A stretch of 64,000 bases of DNA from Candidatus Hermodarchaeota archaeon (GCA_016839805.1 JAEOTO010000031.1:32001-96000), one strand, 5' to 3'; shown: positions 38,024 through 47,830, counted from the first letter of the stretch. Notes: generated by a model not told the origin, from the sequence alone. Numbers and translations are program-made.

Positions 38024-39874
38024 TCACCAGAGGTCCTTCGCAACATCGTTTAGATCGAGTTGATGGAGCACTTCGCGTGTTGGTTTCCCAGTTTGTGGAT
38101 CCCATTGACTAGATACATAGAATTCTTTGAGTTGGTCAGGAAGATTCGGAGTTTTTCCCTCATTGGGTCCCTGGGTAAATGGTTTTAGTATACCGCTAGG
38201 TAGTTGGTCATCTTGGGCGGTGATACCGCACCGGATGTTGAAAGCACGTTTTAGTGTCATGGTCCGTTGACCAATTTTGAGGAGTTGAAGTGGCGTTAAC
38301 TCCCGTCCAGTAGTGGTGTTGTATAGAGCTGTAACAAGGGAGGGTTCGAGAAGAGCTAATTGACATATTAAAAGTGAATTGAAGAGGGTTCGCCAGTTTC
38401 GCATTGTAGCTACAGCCTTACCCTGTCCTTCGTTGGTGTGACGATCACCTGGTTCAAGGTCAAATTCTGGAACACTGACACCCATTTCTATCGTATGGAT
38501 GTCTCCTTGCATGTGATGTGCTCCAATAGGTGATACGGCATATGCAGCAGCAAGGCCGTAGAAGGCGCGGGGATCATGCATGGGAACCTCAAGCCCTTTA
38601 ACATGGACTGCTAGCTCCGGTATTCCAAGTCGATCTCCAGCCCGTTCCACGCCTTCAGCTAGAAGATCTCCGAGTCCTTCTCGTTTTGCGATCATCTCAA
38701 TGAGGGTAACTACCGTTTGGGCATCACTGAATTTCAGATTCAAGGAACCAACGAATTCTTTGGCTAGCTTGCCTTGTTCGTGGGCAGCAAAGCTAAAGGC
38801 GATTACATTACCGCATGAAATAGTATCGAGGCCATACAGGTTACAAAGATGGTTAGCTAGACATAATGAGGGTAAATCGTCAACCTGACAAAGTGTCCCG
38901 AGAGCGCCAATGGTTTCGTATTCGGGACCAGCAACATCTTTTAACGAGATCGAGTCTGTCTCAACTGATACTATTGGACCGCAGCCGATTGGACAAAGAT
39001 GACACCGGAACTGCCCCGATCGATATTCTTTGAGGGCAAGGGCATTGATTTTCGAAATATCCATGAATGGTTCAGTGAAATATCGGACCGGCATATCGTT
39101 GAAAAGGTTCATTAGCATATCAGCGCCATACAATGTCCCATTCGCACCCAAAATGGGAGCCAGCCCTTCAAGCAATTGAAATGCACTTCTTACATGTTCA
39201 CGGAATGCCTTAATATCAGCTAGTTCAGGTTTTTGTGACCCTCGAACTGCTATAGCTTTGAGTTGCTTAGCCCCCAAAATGGCACCTGCACCTGCTCGAG
39301 CACTCGCCCGTCCTTTATCATTCATAATAGCTGCGAATCGGACTCGATTTTCACCTGCCTGACCTATGGATAAGACACGAACCTTCTTGTCTGCAAGGTC
39401 TTTTTTGATGATTTTTTCTGTTTCAAAGGTATCTTGACCCCAAAGGTGGTCAGCAGGTTTTATCTTGGCAGTATCATCTTGAATTGTTAGATACACCGGG
39501 GATTGTGCAGAGCCTGTAATGAGGATCCCATCAAGCCCAGCCTGCCGTAGTTCAGCTCCGAAGTATCCTCCGCCTGTCGATTCACCCCAAATTCCAGTGA
39601 GGGCTGATTTTGTGCATATAGCATGACGGCCGGTACAAGGGGCTCCAGTGGCAGTAAGTGGTCCTGTGAATATAGCGATTTCGTTTTTAGGGTGGAGGGC
39701 ATCGAGGGTCTCAATCTTTAGACGGTCATATAGTAGTCGAGTAGCGTAGCCAGCTCCACCAATGAAATCCCGTGCATAGTCCCAATTAAGGGGCTTACGT
39801 TGGGTAATACCCTTGGTCAAATCAACGAAAAGAAATTCACCCATATACCCGTTCAGGGTGGGCACAATTATCAC
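38024..39874 (-). CDS. aor: Aldehyde ferredoxin oxidoreductase family (W-pterin)
   Basis: FIGGAG, KSALTG, ESTGGG, GAILGAKQLKAI, CHLCPIGC, GPEYET, GLDTIS, HDPR. Confidence 0.92.
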   Translation of the reverse strand: MIIVPTLNGYMGEFLFVDLTKGITQRKPLNWDYARDFIGGAGYATRLLYDRLKIETLDALHPKNEIAIFTGPLTATGAPCTGRHAICTKSALTGIWGESTGGGYFGAELRQAGLDGILITGSAQSPVYLTIQDDTAKIKPADHLWGQDTFETEKIIKKDLADKKVRVLSIGQAGENRVRFAAIMNDKGRASARAGAGAILGAKQLKAIAVRGSQKPELADIKAFREHVRSAFQLLEGLAPILGANGTLYGADMLMNLFNDMPVRYFTEPFMDISKINALALKEYRSGQFRCHLCPIGCGPIVSVETDSISLKDVAGPEYETIGALGTLCQVDDLPSLCLANHLCNLYGLDTISCGNVIAFSFAAHEQGKLAKEFVGSLNLKFSDAQTVVTLIEMIAKREGLGDLLAEGVERAGDRLGIPELAVHVKGLEVPMHDPRAFYGLAAAYAVSPIGAHHMQGDIHTIEMGVSVPEFDLEPGDRHTNEGQGKAVATMRNWRTLFNSLLICQLALLEPSLVTALYNTTTGRELTPLQLLKIGQRTMTLKRAFNIRCGITAQDDQLPSGILKPFTQGPNEGKTPNLPDQLKEFYVSSQWDPQTGKPTREVLHQLDLNDVAKDLW

Positions 39875-40539
39875 CGCTTTTTGAGATGTTTCATAACTTC
39901 AAACATCTGTTGCTGAGTCTCAATGGATTCCGTTGGGAGCATAGTGATTTTCTTTTTATCAACAGATGCAGCCAATAGGTAAATGTGAGCAACTCGTTGG
40001 AGGAGAAGAGCATTATAAAGGGCATCATCTAGGGTTGGACCAACACATACCGCTCCGTGATTGGCAAGAAACACTGCATTCCGTGGACCGAGAGCTTCCA
40101 CTGTATTTTTCGCGAGTTCCTCACTTCCCATGAATCCATATTCGGCGACTTCCACTTGTCCTCCCAGTCGAATGACGAATTCATCGACTATTGGAGGAAG
40201 TGGTTCACGGAGTACAGCCATTGTAGAAGCATAAACGCAGTGAGTGTGTATAATTGCGTTTACATCAGGGCGAGCCTGGTAGATAGCTAAGTGGAGGGGA
40301 TACTCACTGGAGGGATTTCGCTCACCTTCGACAATTTCTCCATTCATATCAATTATCATGACATCTTTGATGTCCATACAGGTATAATCAACGTTACTTG
40401 GTGTGATAGCAACATTATCTGTATTGTTGATTCGAATACTAGCATTGCCTGAACTGCCTATGACAAGGGCTGCTTTTAGCATTTCTTGGCAGACATCGAA
40501 AACTTCACGTTTCACATCTTGAGTTGAATCGGGTGTCAT
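39871..40539 (-). CDS. Class II aldolase (FucA-like)
   Basis: GSSGNAS, ITPS, PSSE-x2-LH, HTH, LANHG. Real start probably ATG 40539. Confidence 0.9.
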   Translation of the reverse strand: MTPDSTQDVKREVFDVCQEMLKAALVIGSSGNASIRINNTDNVAITPSNVDYTCMDIKDVMIIDMNGEIVEGERNPSSEYPLHLAIYQARPDVNAIIHTHCVYASTMAVLREPLPPIVDEFVIRLGGQVEVAEYGFMGSEELAKNTVEALGPRNAVFLANHGAVCVGPTLDDALYNALLLQRVAHIYLLAASVDKKKITMLPTESIETQQQMFEVMKHLKKR

Positions 40540-40570
40540 TTCAATCCGCCGTCCAGTAGAGGTTGTTTCT

Positions 40571-42097
40571 TCATAGATTAGCCGATTGCTTGTACAATAT
40601 TTGCCATCGGAAGAAATAGGTTTCGTATTTTCTTTGGTTTTCCGAGTTTGGTTTAAGTGAGGGTAGCAAATTGACCATCTTTTGAGCTGAGTTAAACAGA
40701 GAATCGTAGAGCCCAGCAGCTGTTGCGGCGCAGATAGCAGCCCCCAGGCTAGAAGCTTCAACCTCACTCCCTCGATAGATTTCAAGCCCTGTCACATCAG
40801 CAAGCATCTGTTGCCACAATTGACTTCGTATTAGACCTCCCGCAACAGTACAATGGTCAAATTTGACTTTTGCCCGTTCTTGGATTAATTCCAGATTGCT
40901 ACGCATGGCATAACAGATGTTTTCGAAAAGTGCACGAGCTAGATCATTTATTGTGATTGGGGTAATTGCTGGTAAGGTAAGGGAGGGAAAAATAAACATG
41001 GATGGTCGAAGGGTCGTCATATTACTGGCATCCATGATTTGAGGACCGAGTATCGCCATAGCATCTGTTGAGCCTACCTCAGTCTGTTTTGCTAACTGTT
41101 CAACTAGCATATAAGCTGCCTGTGGATCCTTCAAATTCGGAGAGAGAGGTTGAACAAGATTTTGAATAAACCAGCGGAGTATCTCTCCGGTTGTACCGGT
41201 ATTCGCCTCAAGTATCCAACGATTAGGAAGCAAGTATCTTCCGGTCCAGAGTTTACATGCTTCATCGATGATTGGGGTGTCAGTGATGAGTTGAATTGGC
41301 GCAGTATTTCCAGCCACAATGCATACCTTACTAGGTTCCAATATGGCAGAACCTAATAATGCACATTGAGTATCACCTCCACCGATACCAACAATTGTCT
41401 TGGTTGATAACCCAGTCACCTTACTGGCGTTAGTCGTAACATTTCCTACAACACTTCCCGGATTACGAATAGGTGGCAGTAACTCAGCTGGGACTTCAGC
41501 CATCTCAAGGATTTCCTGAGACCAAACCGATTTTTGAATATCCATGAACTGAGTATTGGAGGCTTGCGAGGGATCGGTCGTTACTTCTCCGGTTAATTGG
41601 TATACAATCCAGTCATTGATAGAAAGCACGTGTTGGATTTGAGCGAAGAGATCTGGTTTTAGTCGTTTAAACCAAATGAGTCGGCAAAGGGAATAAAGAA
41701 GTGGAGGCCAACAGCCAGTGGGTGGGCAGCTCGTTTTAAGTTCCTCAATTACTGAGTCTTGTACAAAAACTCCACGTGCATCTAGGTTGGGACCGGAATA
41801 GATAATTTTTCCCTTCTCCCCGAGAAACACTGCGCCATGTCGTTGGCTTGTTGCAGCTACGGCTTTAATAGTTTCAGGTAACACCTTTTCATCTCGTAGG
41901 CAATCGCGAATCATTTTTGTAATCGTGATCCATGCGCCCGTTGCATCAAATTCCTTGCCAATGCCAGAGAGTCCCTCAGAGTCGTAATATTGGATTGGTG
42001 TGTAGCGTTTAATCACACGTTTTCCTGTGGAAGTAAAAATAATACACTTGATGCCGGAGGTTCCAAAATCAATGGTCAGCAAGTTATCTTGGGCCAT
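40571..42097 (-). CDS. FGGY carbohydrate kinase (YoaC/LsrK-like)
   Basis: IDFGTSG, TSQRHG, GPNLDARG, GGGDTQ, AGG, QMLADV. Confidence 0.9.
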   Translation of the reverse strand: MAQDNLLTIDFGTSGIKCIIFTSTGKRVIKRYTPIQYYDSEGLSGIGKEFDATGAWITITKMIRDCLRDEKVLPETIKAVAATSQRHGAVFLGEKGKIIYSGPNLDARGVFVQDSVIEELKTSCPPTGCWPPLLYSLCRLIWFKRLKPDLFAQIQHVLSINDWIVYQLTGEVTTDPSQASNTQFMDIQKSVWSQEILEMAEVPAELLPPIRNPGSVVGNVTTNASKVTGLSTKTIVGIGGGDTQCALLGSAILEPSKVCIVAGNTAPIQLITDTPIIDEACKLWTGRYLLPNRWILEANTGTTGEILRWFIQNLVQPLSPNLKDPQAAYMLVEQLAKQTEVGSTDAMAILGPQIMDASNMTTLRPSMFIFPSLTLPAITPITINDLARALFENICYAMRSNLELIQERAKVKFDHCTVAGGLIRSQLWQQMLADVTGLEIYRGSEVEASSLGAAICAATAAGLYDSLFNSAQKMVNLLPSLKPNSENQRKYETYFFRWQILYKQSANL

Positions 42098-42109
42098 TTT
42101 AAGTCCTCA

Positions 42110-43141
42110 TCAGGAGGATTTCAACACTTCTGGGTTGGCTAAGTATTTGGGCGTTTCTCCCTTTAAGAATCGATCAATATCTGTGGCAATAATCATGGAT
42201 TGTCGGTATATGACATCAATTGTGTTTCCACCAATATGAGGCGTCACGGTAACATTATCAAATTGAAGAAACCGGTTATCTGAACCTACAGGTTCCCGTG
42301 AATGAACATCTAATCCCGCACCTGCAATCTTACCAGATTGGATAGCTTTGAAGAGTGCATCTTCATCAAGAATTGCGGATCGAGCCGTGTTAATAAGATG
42401 CGCTGTGGGTTTCATCAAAGAAAGTTGCTCCTCACCAATCATGCGAAACGTTTCCGGGTTGGCCTGTACGTGGAGAGTAACAAAATCCGATTCCTGTAAC
42501 AGCGTTTCCAAATCCACTTTTTCAGCATTAACTTGCTTTCCCTGTTTTGCAGTGACATATGGATCATAAAAGAGGAGTCGCGTTTCAAAGCCTTGAAGAC
42601 GTTTTGCGACAATAGTACCAATTTGACCTAACCCGATGATGCCGATAGTACTGCGACCCAATTCACTTCCCTTCAGCGAATCAAAGATTTTTGTAAAGTC
42701 TTCCGCACTCTGTATCTGTACTTTACCGGATTTTAGAAGTCGATCAGTTTGGATGAGCTTCCGGGCTTGAGCTAACATTAGAAGAAGAGTTAGATCCGCC
42801 ACGGAGTCGTTATTCCGACCTGGGGCATAAAAAACAGGAACACCGTTTGCAGTAGCAGCTTCGATATCTATTTCTTTAGGTGAATTTCGGGCGCAACCGA
42901 CAAACTTCAGTGATGAGCCCTCGAAGACCTCATCAGTCACCGCATCTGCTTCAACAATCACTGCATCAGCTTTTTCTTTCTTTAATTTCTTAAGCAGTTC
43001 TTCTCCCCAGTATACTCGATTTGTACTCCGCCAGTCTTCATAAATAATTGTACCATGGTGGTGAAGAATTTCAAGACCTGATTTGTGTAATGAGGCAGTG
43101 ATTAGAATTCGCATCCTCTTTGGGTCCTTCAATGAGTTCAA
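42110..43141 (-). CDS. D-2-hydroxyacid dehydrogenase (YoaD-like)
   Basis: PGRN, GLGQIG, INTARS, GLDV, EP, TPHIGG. Confidence 0.92.
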   Translation of the reverse strand: MNSLKDPKRMRILITASLHKSGLEILHHHGTIIYEDWRSTNRVYWGEELLKKLKKEKADAVIVEADAVTDEVFEGSSLKFVGCARNSPKEIDIEAATANGVPVFYAPGRNNDSVADLTLLLMLAQARKLIQTDRLLKSGKVQIQSAEDFTKIFDSLKGSELGRSTIGIIGLGQIGTIVAKRLQGFETRLLFYDPYVTAKQGKQVNAEKVDLETLLQESDFVTLHVQANPETFRMIGEEQLSLMKPTAHLINTARSAILDEDALFKAIQSGKIAGAGLDVHSREPVGSDNRFLQFDNVTVTPHIGGNTIDVIYRQSMIIATDIDRFLKGETPKYLANPEVLKSS

Positions 43142-43142
43142 A

Positions 43143-43478
43143 TTACATCAAAATTTGGAGCTTAAGAAGATCTGTCATACTCCCCTTTGCCTTAAGCTTT
43201 CCAACAGAGTAAGCATCTAAGGGACTGAGATCTCCATTCATAATACCAATGAGAGTACCACTATCAGTAGTCACTAAGAGATTGGGTTTCTCCAATTTAC
43301 CTTCAGTAAACGGATCCATCAACCCATTGTGAACCCGTGTATGAAAACTAATCTCGAGATCTGTGAACTGGAATTGGAGCGTTCGATCAAATCCTTTGAA
43401 CAGAGGTTTCGTGGCGGGTTCATCAAATTTTCTTCGTACACCTTCAAGAACTTCCAAGACTTCTGCTTTGGTAGCCAT
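43143..43478 (-). CDS. SCP2 sterol/lipid-binding domain protein
   Basis: TLQFQFTD...IMNGDLSPLDAYSVGKLKAKGS. Confidence 0.85.
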   Translation of the reverse strand: MATKAEVLEVLEGVRRKFDEPATKPLFKGFDRTLQFQFTDLEISFHTRVHNGLMDPFTEGKLEKPNLLVTTDSGTLIGIMNGDLSPLDAYSVGKLKAKGSMTDLLKLQILM

Positions 43479-43608
43479 TAGTGGATTTCACCTAGTAGGC
43501 TATTCAATATCGCAATTAGGTTAAAAACGCACCCCCCTTTCAGAATTAGAGATTGCCTTTGTGAGAGAATCTCTAAAATACTGATGACATTGATCTCTTC
43601 ATCAATGA

Positions 43609-43971
43609 TTATATTGTAAGAAACGGGACAATAGTAAAGCATACTATAGACAAAGCGATGAGGATAGCTGCTGCTATTAGGACAATAATACTGCTGTCTG
43701 TTTGTTCCTGACGCCTATCAGAAAAATGATGCATCGTATCGCGCGTTGCTGGAGGATTTGCTGCATACCGATAAGTAGCCAAACCCTCAATAAAGGACGT
43801 CCGCAAACATCCCCCAAAGAGCAGAAGAATAATGCCCACAAAAAGCAGCGATAGTGCAAAGGTAACAAGAGACCAGATATGAAATACCAGGAATGAACCA
43901 ATTGCTGCGAGGGGTACACAGATGACTAGGACAATTAGTAAGCGTTTTCCAAAATAAGACCAATCCATCAA
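43609..43971 (-). CDS. Small membrane protein (3 TM), hypothetical
   Basis: Hydrophobic ORF with GAGG RBS. Confidence 0.65.
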   Translation of the reverse strand: MMDWSYFGKRLLIVLVICVPLAAIGSFLVFHIWSLVTFALSLLFVGIILLLFGGCLRTSFIEGLATYRYAANPPATRDTMHHFSDRRQEQTDSSIIVLIAAAILIALSIVCFTIVPFLTI

Positions 43972-44060
43972 ACAGCCTCAATAAATTAGAAAAAAATATT
44001 GTAAAAAAGTTATGGGATTATGACAATAATTCTACAGTATTATGTCAAGTGTTGTGAGTA

Positions 44061-44897
44061 CTAGTTGTGCGAACACTGTTGCTTGAAATTCTCATAGGCT
44101 CGCGCTTCGTCAGTCTTGTACGTTTCTAGCCGCGTAATAAGCAAATCAAAGTCTACTTTATGGGCATCAAATTCTGGACCATCCACACACGCGAACTTTG
44201 TCTTGCCACCTACCTCTACACGGCAGGCCCCGCACATCCCGGTTCCATCAACCATTATTGGATTTAAACTACACTCCGTTTTCACGCCAAACGGTTTAGT
44301 TGTGGATGCTACGAACTTCATCATGATTGGTGGTCCCACGGTGAAAACATAATCGATTTGCCGTCCAGATTCAAGGATTTCGTTCAGCTTTGTAGTCACG
44401 AAACCCTTGGAGCCTTTTGAACCGTCATCCGTTGTTATATGAATTTCGTCACTAATTTGACCTAATTCTAACTCACAGACAAGGAGATCATCTTGACGGG
44501 CACCTAATATCGTGATCAGATAATTTCCAGCTTCTTTTAATTGCCGAGCCCGTGGCAGTGAAGGAGCTGCGCCACATCCACCTGCTACAACAATAACTGT
44601 GCCATATTTCTTCACATCAGGTGCAGTACCAAGTGGACCCAAGATATCATGAATGATATCACCGGCTTTGCAGTTGGCGAATTCTAAGGTAGATTTCCCA
44701 ACAACCTGAAATACAATCGTAATAGTTCCTTTACCACTGTCCCAATCTTTAAGGGTTAAAGGAATGCGTTCTCCATGCTCATGGAGTCGATAAATGAGAA
44801 ATTGACCAGGTCGAGCCTTTACCGCAATTTCAGGAGCTTCAATATCAAACTCAAAGATGTCAAGGGCAATTTGCCGTGTTGCCAAAATTTTGAACAT
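44061..44897 (-). CDS. nfnA: NfnA/SudB (PyrK-like) electron-transfer subunit
   Basis: PGQF, GERIPLT, GPLG, TDDGS, GPPIMM, MVDGTGMCGACRV, ACVDGPEF. Start ATG 44897. Confidence 0.92.
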   Translation of the reverse strand: MFKILATRQIALDIFEFDIEAPEIAVKARPGQFLIYRLHEHGERIPLTLKDWDSGKGTITIVFQVVGKSTLEFANCKAGDIIHDILGPLGTAPDVKKYGTVIVVAGGCGAAPSLPRARQLKEAGNYLITILGARQDDLLVCELELGQISDEIHITTDDGSKGSKGFVTTKLNEILESGRQIDYVFTVGPPIMMKFVASTTKPFGVKTECSLNPIMVDGTGMCGACRVEVGGKTKFACVDGPEFDAHKVDFDLLITRLETYKTDEARAYENFKQQCSHN

Positions 44898-45105
44898 CAG
44901 TAGGTCTCCTATCACTATTAGGTGGATTACCCGTTTGCGAGGTGTTAAAGGCTGGTGTATAAAGATTGTCAATGTTTGATGCATTGATTTGATTTCTATC
45001 AGAGTTTCAAACCTTGGAAAGGAAAAAGAATAACGACTTGTAATCAGAAATGCGTTGGTGAAAATAGAGTTTATCCAAACAATGAGTGCAATTCAATGAA
45101 GAAAA

Positions 45106-45834
45106 TTATTCCCGAATATCGATATTGAGCTTGTCTACTGTGTAAGAATGGGGTTCGTAGGTTTTTGATTCGTAGCGACCTCCAGCCTTCTTAACACGTA
45201 AAGTGCGCACATTGTCAGATTTAGTGAGTTCCATTACAACTTGTGTTGTGTGTTCTATTGCAGCTAGGAACTCCTTCATGTGGGCATTTCGGTTGATTGT
45301 CCAATAAGCCAAGGTTTTGTAAGCATATAACGCGGGGCAGATATGGCTGAAGAATGCCCGTGCATTATCAGGACCCCAGATCACTTCCATTGCAGTAAGG
45401 CTGTTAAATACGAGGCGGGTTCCATCACTGATAAATTCACGTTCGATACGACCAAAGAAGTGATGAAACCGTTCCATATCCCGGGACATTGGAATTTTCC
45501 GAATCCATGAAGGGGCCTTATCGTAGAAATCAGTGAAGATTAGTTCGCCACGTCCACCAGATTCAGTGAAACAGTCCAATACTAGTAAATGGTCTTCCCA
45601 CCCCTGCGGTAAGGAGTCAACCAGAGGTTTTAGAAACAGGAGTAAGGCTTGTGGTGGATAAATGAAGTCTAAATAAATGACTTGATTCTTTTCTGCGATG
45701 CCTTGTCGCATGAAATTATGAGAGAATTCGTTTACGAAAGTTCCGGTTTCATATTCCCAGACAACATTTTCGCCTAATATGAGACCTTTTTCAAGGACTT
45801 TATCAAGTCCTGGTATGCCGGTTGAACAACGCAT
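45106..45834 (-). CDS. KaiC/RAD55-like ATPase-fold protein with degenerate P-loop
   Basis: STGIPGLDKVL, YETGTFVNEF (no GK[ST]), LDCF, LVFNSL, LRVKK. Confidence 0.8.
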   Translation of the reverse strand: MRCSTGIPGLDKVLEKGLILGENVVWEYETGTFVNEFSHNFMRQGIAEKNQVIYLDFIYPPQALLLFLKPLVDSLPQGWEDHLLVLDCFTESGGRGELIFTDFYDKAPSWIRKIPMSRDMERFHHFFGRIEREFISDGTRLVFNSLTAMEVIWGPDNARAFFSHICPALYAYKTLAYWTINRNAHMKEFLAAIEHTTQVVMELTKSDNVRTLRVKKAGGRYESKTYEPHSYTVDKLNIDIRE

Positions 45835-45890
45835 AGATTTCCATCCAATTTAATGGACTACAAACAATCCATTATATGTATGGCTGTTGT

Positions 45891-45940
45891 TTGATGTACA
45901 TAAGTGAACAAAATGAACACAAGCTTTGAATAGTTGAACA
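45891..45940. promoter_or_regulatory. Cluster of TG(T/A)ACA boxes upstream of gdh
   Basis: TGTACA at 45895; TGAACA at 45905, 45914 and 45935. TTGATGTACAT is shared with 47779. Confidence 0.5.
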
Positions 45941-45970
45941 TGATATTCTAACTTAACCAGGTGAAGATAA

Positions 45971-47731
45971 ATGCTGAACCTGGTTGAACTTACTCCACTA
46001 GAATTGGGTTTGAAGAAGTTGATGGTTGACTTCTTCGTTGATAAACCTCAATACACCGCGGGTCTCGAACAGTTCACATCTGCTCATTACGCATTAATGA
46101 CCGCGCTTTCTCAGAATTTCAAGATTCCCATGGAAGACACTACTCAAGTGTTTGACAGTCTAGCTACAAAGATCCGCAGTGCTGAATATATGAAAGTTGA
46201 ATGTCCTGACACAAGTAGAAGGAATAGCTGCTTATCGCGTAAGGAACTTGACATGCTGAACATTATGATTGAGTATTTCGGTGAGGAGTCCTTCGCGGAA
46301 TCGAGCTTTCTTTCCGATCGAAGGGAAGCATTAGTTGATCATTATCACTGGATTAACGGTGGTGATATTGAAGAAGCATGGAGTTGCTGTAACGATTTAA
46401 TTGAAAAAATCGAAACCTCAACCGCTATAAAAATTGAAACGCTCAATTCAGTCACCCCAAAGCCTAACCCTTACGAAGCTGCGCTTCAACAACTGGATCT
46501 CGCTGCCGAAAAACTGGGTTTGGACCCGGCCACCCACGAAATTCTTCGTCATCCGCAACGCATTCTCATTGTCACTGTACCTGTTCACATGGATGATGGT
46601 AGTGTCCGTGTGTTTACGGGATATCGATCACAGTACAATGATGCCTTAGGTCCTACTAAAGGCGGAATTCGCTATCATCCCGAAGTAACTTTAGATGAGG
46701 TTATTGCCTTATCAGCTTGGATGACGTTTAAAACCGCAGTCGTGGGTCTGCCTTTGGGTGGCGGTAAAGGCGGGATACGGTGTAATCCCAAAGAGATGTC
46801 TATTGGTGAATTGGAGCGTTTAACACGTGGATATACACGAGAATTAGTTCGATTCATTGGTCCCCAAACCGATATTCCTGCACCTGATGTGTATACCGAT
46901 TCACAGACGATGACTTGGATTATGGATGAATACGCGGAATGCACTGGAGTATACTGTCCAGGTGTCGTTACAGGAAAACCGGTAGGAATTGGTGGTTCAC
47001 AAGGCCGTAATGACGCCACATCACGCGGTCTTGTTTATACTATCATTGATGCCTTAGAACAACTCGGTATTGCTCTAAAAGATACACGTGTCGTAGTTCA
47101 AGGCTTTGGAAATGTTGGTTTCCATGCCGCTCGAATCCTTTCTGAACTTGGTAGTAAAATCATTGCAGTTTCAGATTCAAAGGGTGGCATCTACAACCCG
47201 GAAGGATTGGATCCAGTAAAAGTCAAGGAACACAAAAACCAGACACGCTCAGTTATCCAATATCCTGGTGCTCATCCTCTCAGTAACCACGATCTTCTTG
47301 AACTCGATTGTGAGATTCTTATTCCAGCAGCATTGGAGAATGTAATTACTGAAGAAAACGCCCCACGGATTAAAGCGAAAATAATTGCCGAAGGCGCCAA
47401 TGGCCCGACGACTCCTAAAGCAGATGAAATCATCCATCAAAAAGGAATCTTTCTCATTCCTGACATCCTTGCTAATGCTGGTGGCGTTACGGTGAGTTAT
47501 TTTGAAATGGTCCAAAATCAAATGAACTACTTCTGGACCGTTGAAGAGGTTCATAGCAAACTCGAGAAAATCATGCAAACTGCTTTTCGTGACGTCTTTG
47601 CGATATCCAAAGAACAGGATGTACCAATGAGGATTGCTGCGTACATGCTTGCTGTTAGTCGTATAGGTTATGCCTTTAGAACAAGGAAGCGCTCACTAAT
47701 TATAGACCGAAACACCAGTCCTAACAAATAG
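45971..47731 (+). CDS. gdhA: Glutamate dehydrogenase with ~165-aa N-terminal extension
   Basis: GPTKGGIRYHP, GGGKGG, PAPD, TGKP, QGFGNVG, PAALEN, EGANGP, NAGGVTVSYFE; AGGTGA RBS. Confidence 0.93.
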   Translation: MLNLVELTPLELGLKKLMVDFFVDKPQYTAGLEQFTSAHYALMTALSQNFKIPMEDTTQVFDSLATKIRSAEYMKVECPDTSRRNSCLSRKELDMLNIMIEYFGEESFAESSFLSDRREALVDHYHWINGGDIEEAWSCCNDLIEKIETSTAIKIETLNSVTPKPNPYEAALQQLDLAAEKLGLDPATHEILRHPQRILIVTVPVHMDDGSVRVFTGYRSQYNDALGPTKGGIRYHPEVTLDEVIALSAWMTFKTAVVGLPLGGGKGGIRCNPKEMSIGELERLTRGYTRELVRFIGPQTDIPAPDVYTDSQTMTWIMDEYAECTGVYCPGVVTGKPVGIGGSQGRNDATSRGLVYTIIDALEQLGIALKDTRVVVQGFGNVGFHAARILSELGSKIIAVSDSKGGIYNPEGLDPVKVKEHKNQTRSVIQYPGAHPLSNHDLLELDCEILIPAALENVITEENAPRIKAKIIAEGANGPTTPKADEIIHQKGIFLIPDILANAGGVTVSYFEMVQNQMNYFWTVEEVHSKLEKIMQTAFRDVFAISKEQDVPMRIAAYMLAVSRIGYAFRTRKRSLIIDRNTSPNK

Positions 47732-47782
47732 ATTATATCTTCCCTCAGGCAGCTTTATGCTGTCTGTCTTACCATTTTTTGA

Positions 47783-47830
47783 TGTACATTCGAGTTTGTG
47801 TAATGTACAACATTAATAAACTAGTGTACA
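47783..47830. promoter_or_regulatory. Three TGTACA palindromes spaced exactly 21 bp
   Basis: TGTACA at 47783, 47804 and 47825, directly upstream of the RHH regulator. Confidence 0.6.

Noticed and set aside
37564-38053. 155-160-aa alternative ORFs over nfnB
   Set aside because: Overlap a conserved gene; no motifs.
40540-40785. Long N-terminal extension of the aldolase
   Set aside because: Overlaps the kinase gene; ATG 40539 with GGCGGA upstream fits the family length.
43588-43607. Perfect 7-bp inverted repeat CATTGAT-N6-ATCAATG
   Set aside because: Single occurrence; cannot distinguish operator, terminator or chance.
44012-44021. 10-nt match (ATGGGATTAT) to omegaRNA guide positions 2-11 in an intergenic region
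   Set aside because: The first seed base mismatches, and a 10-mer match is plausible by chance in 64 kb on both strands.
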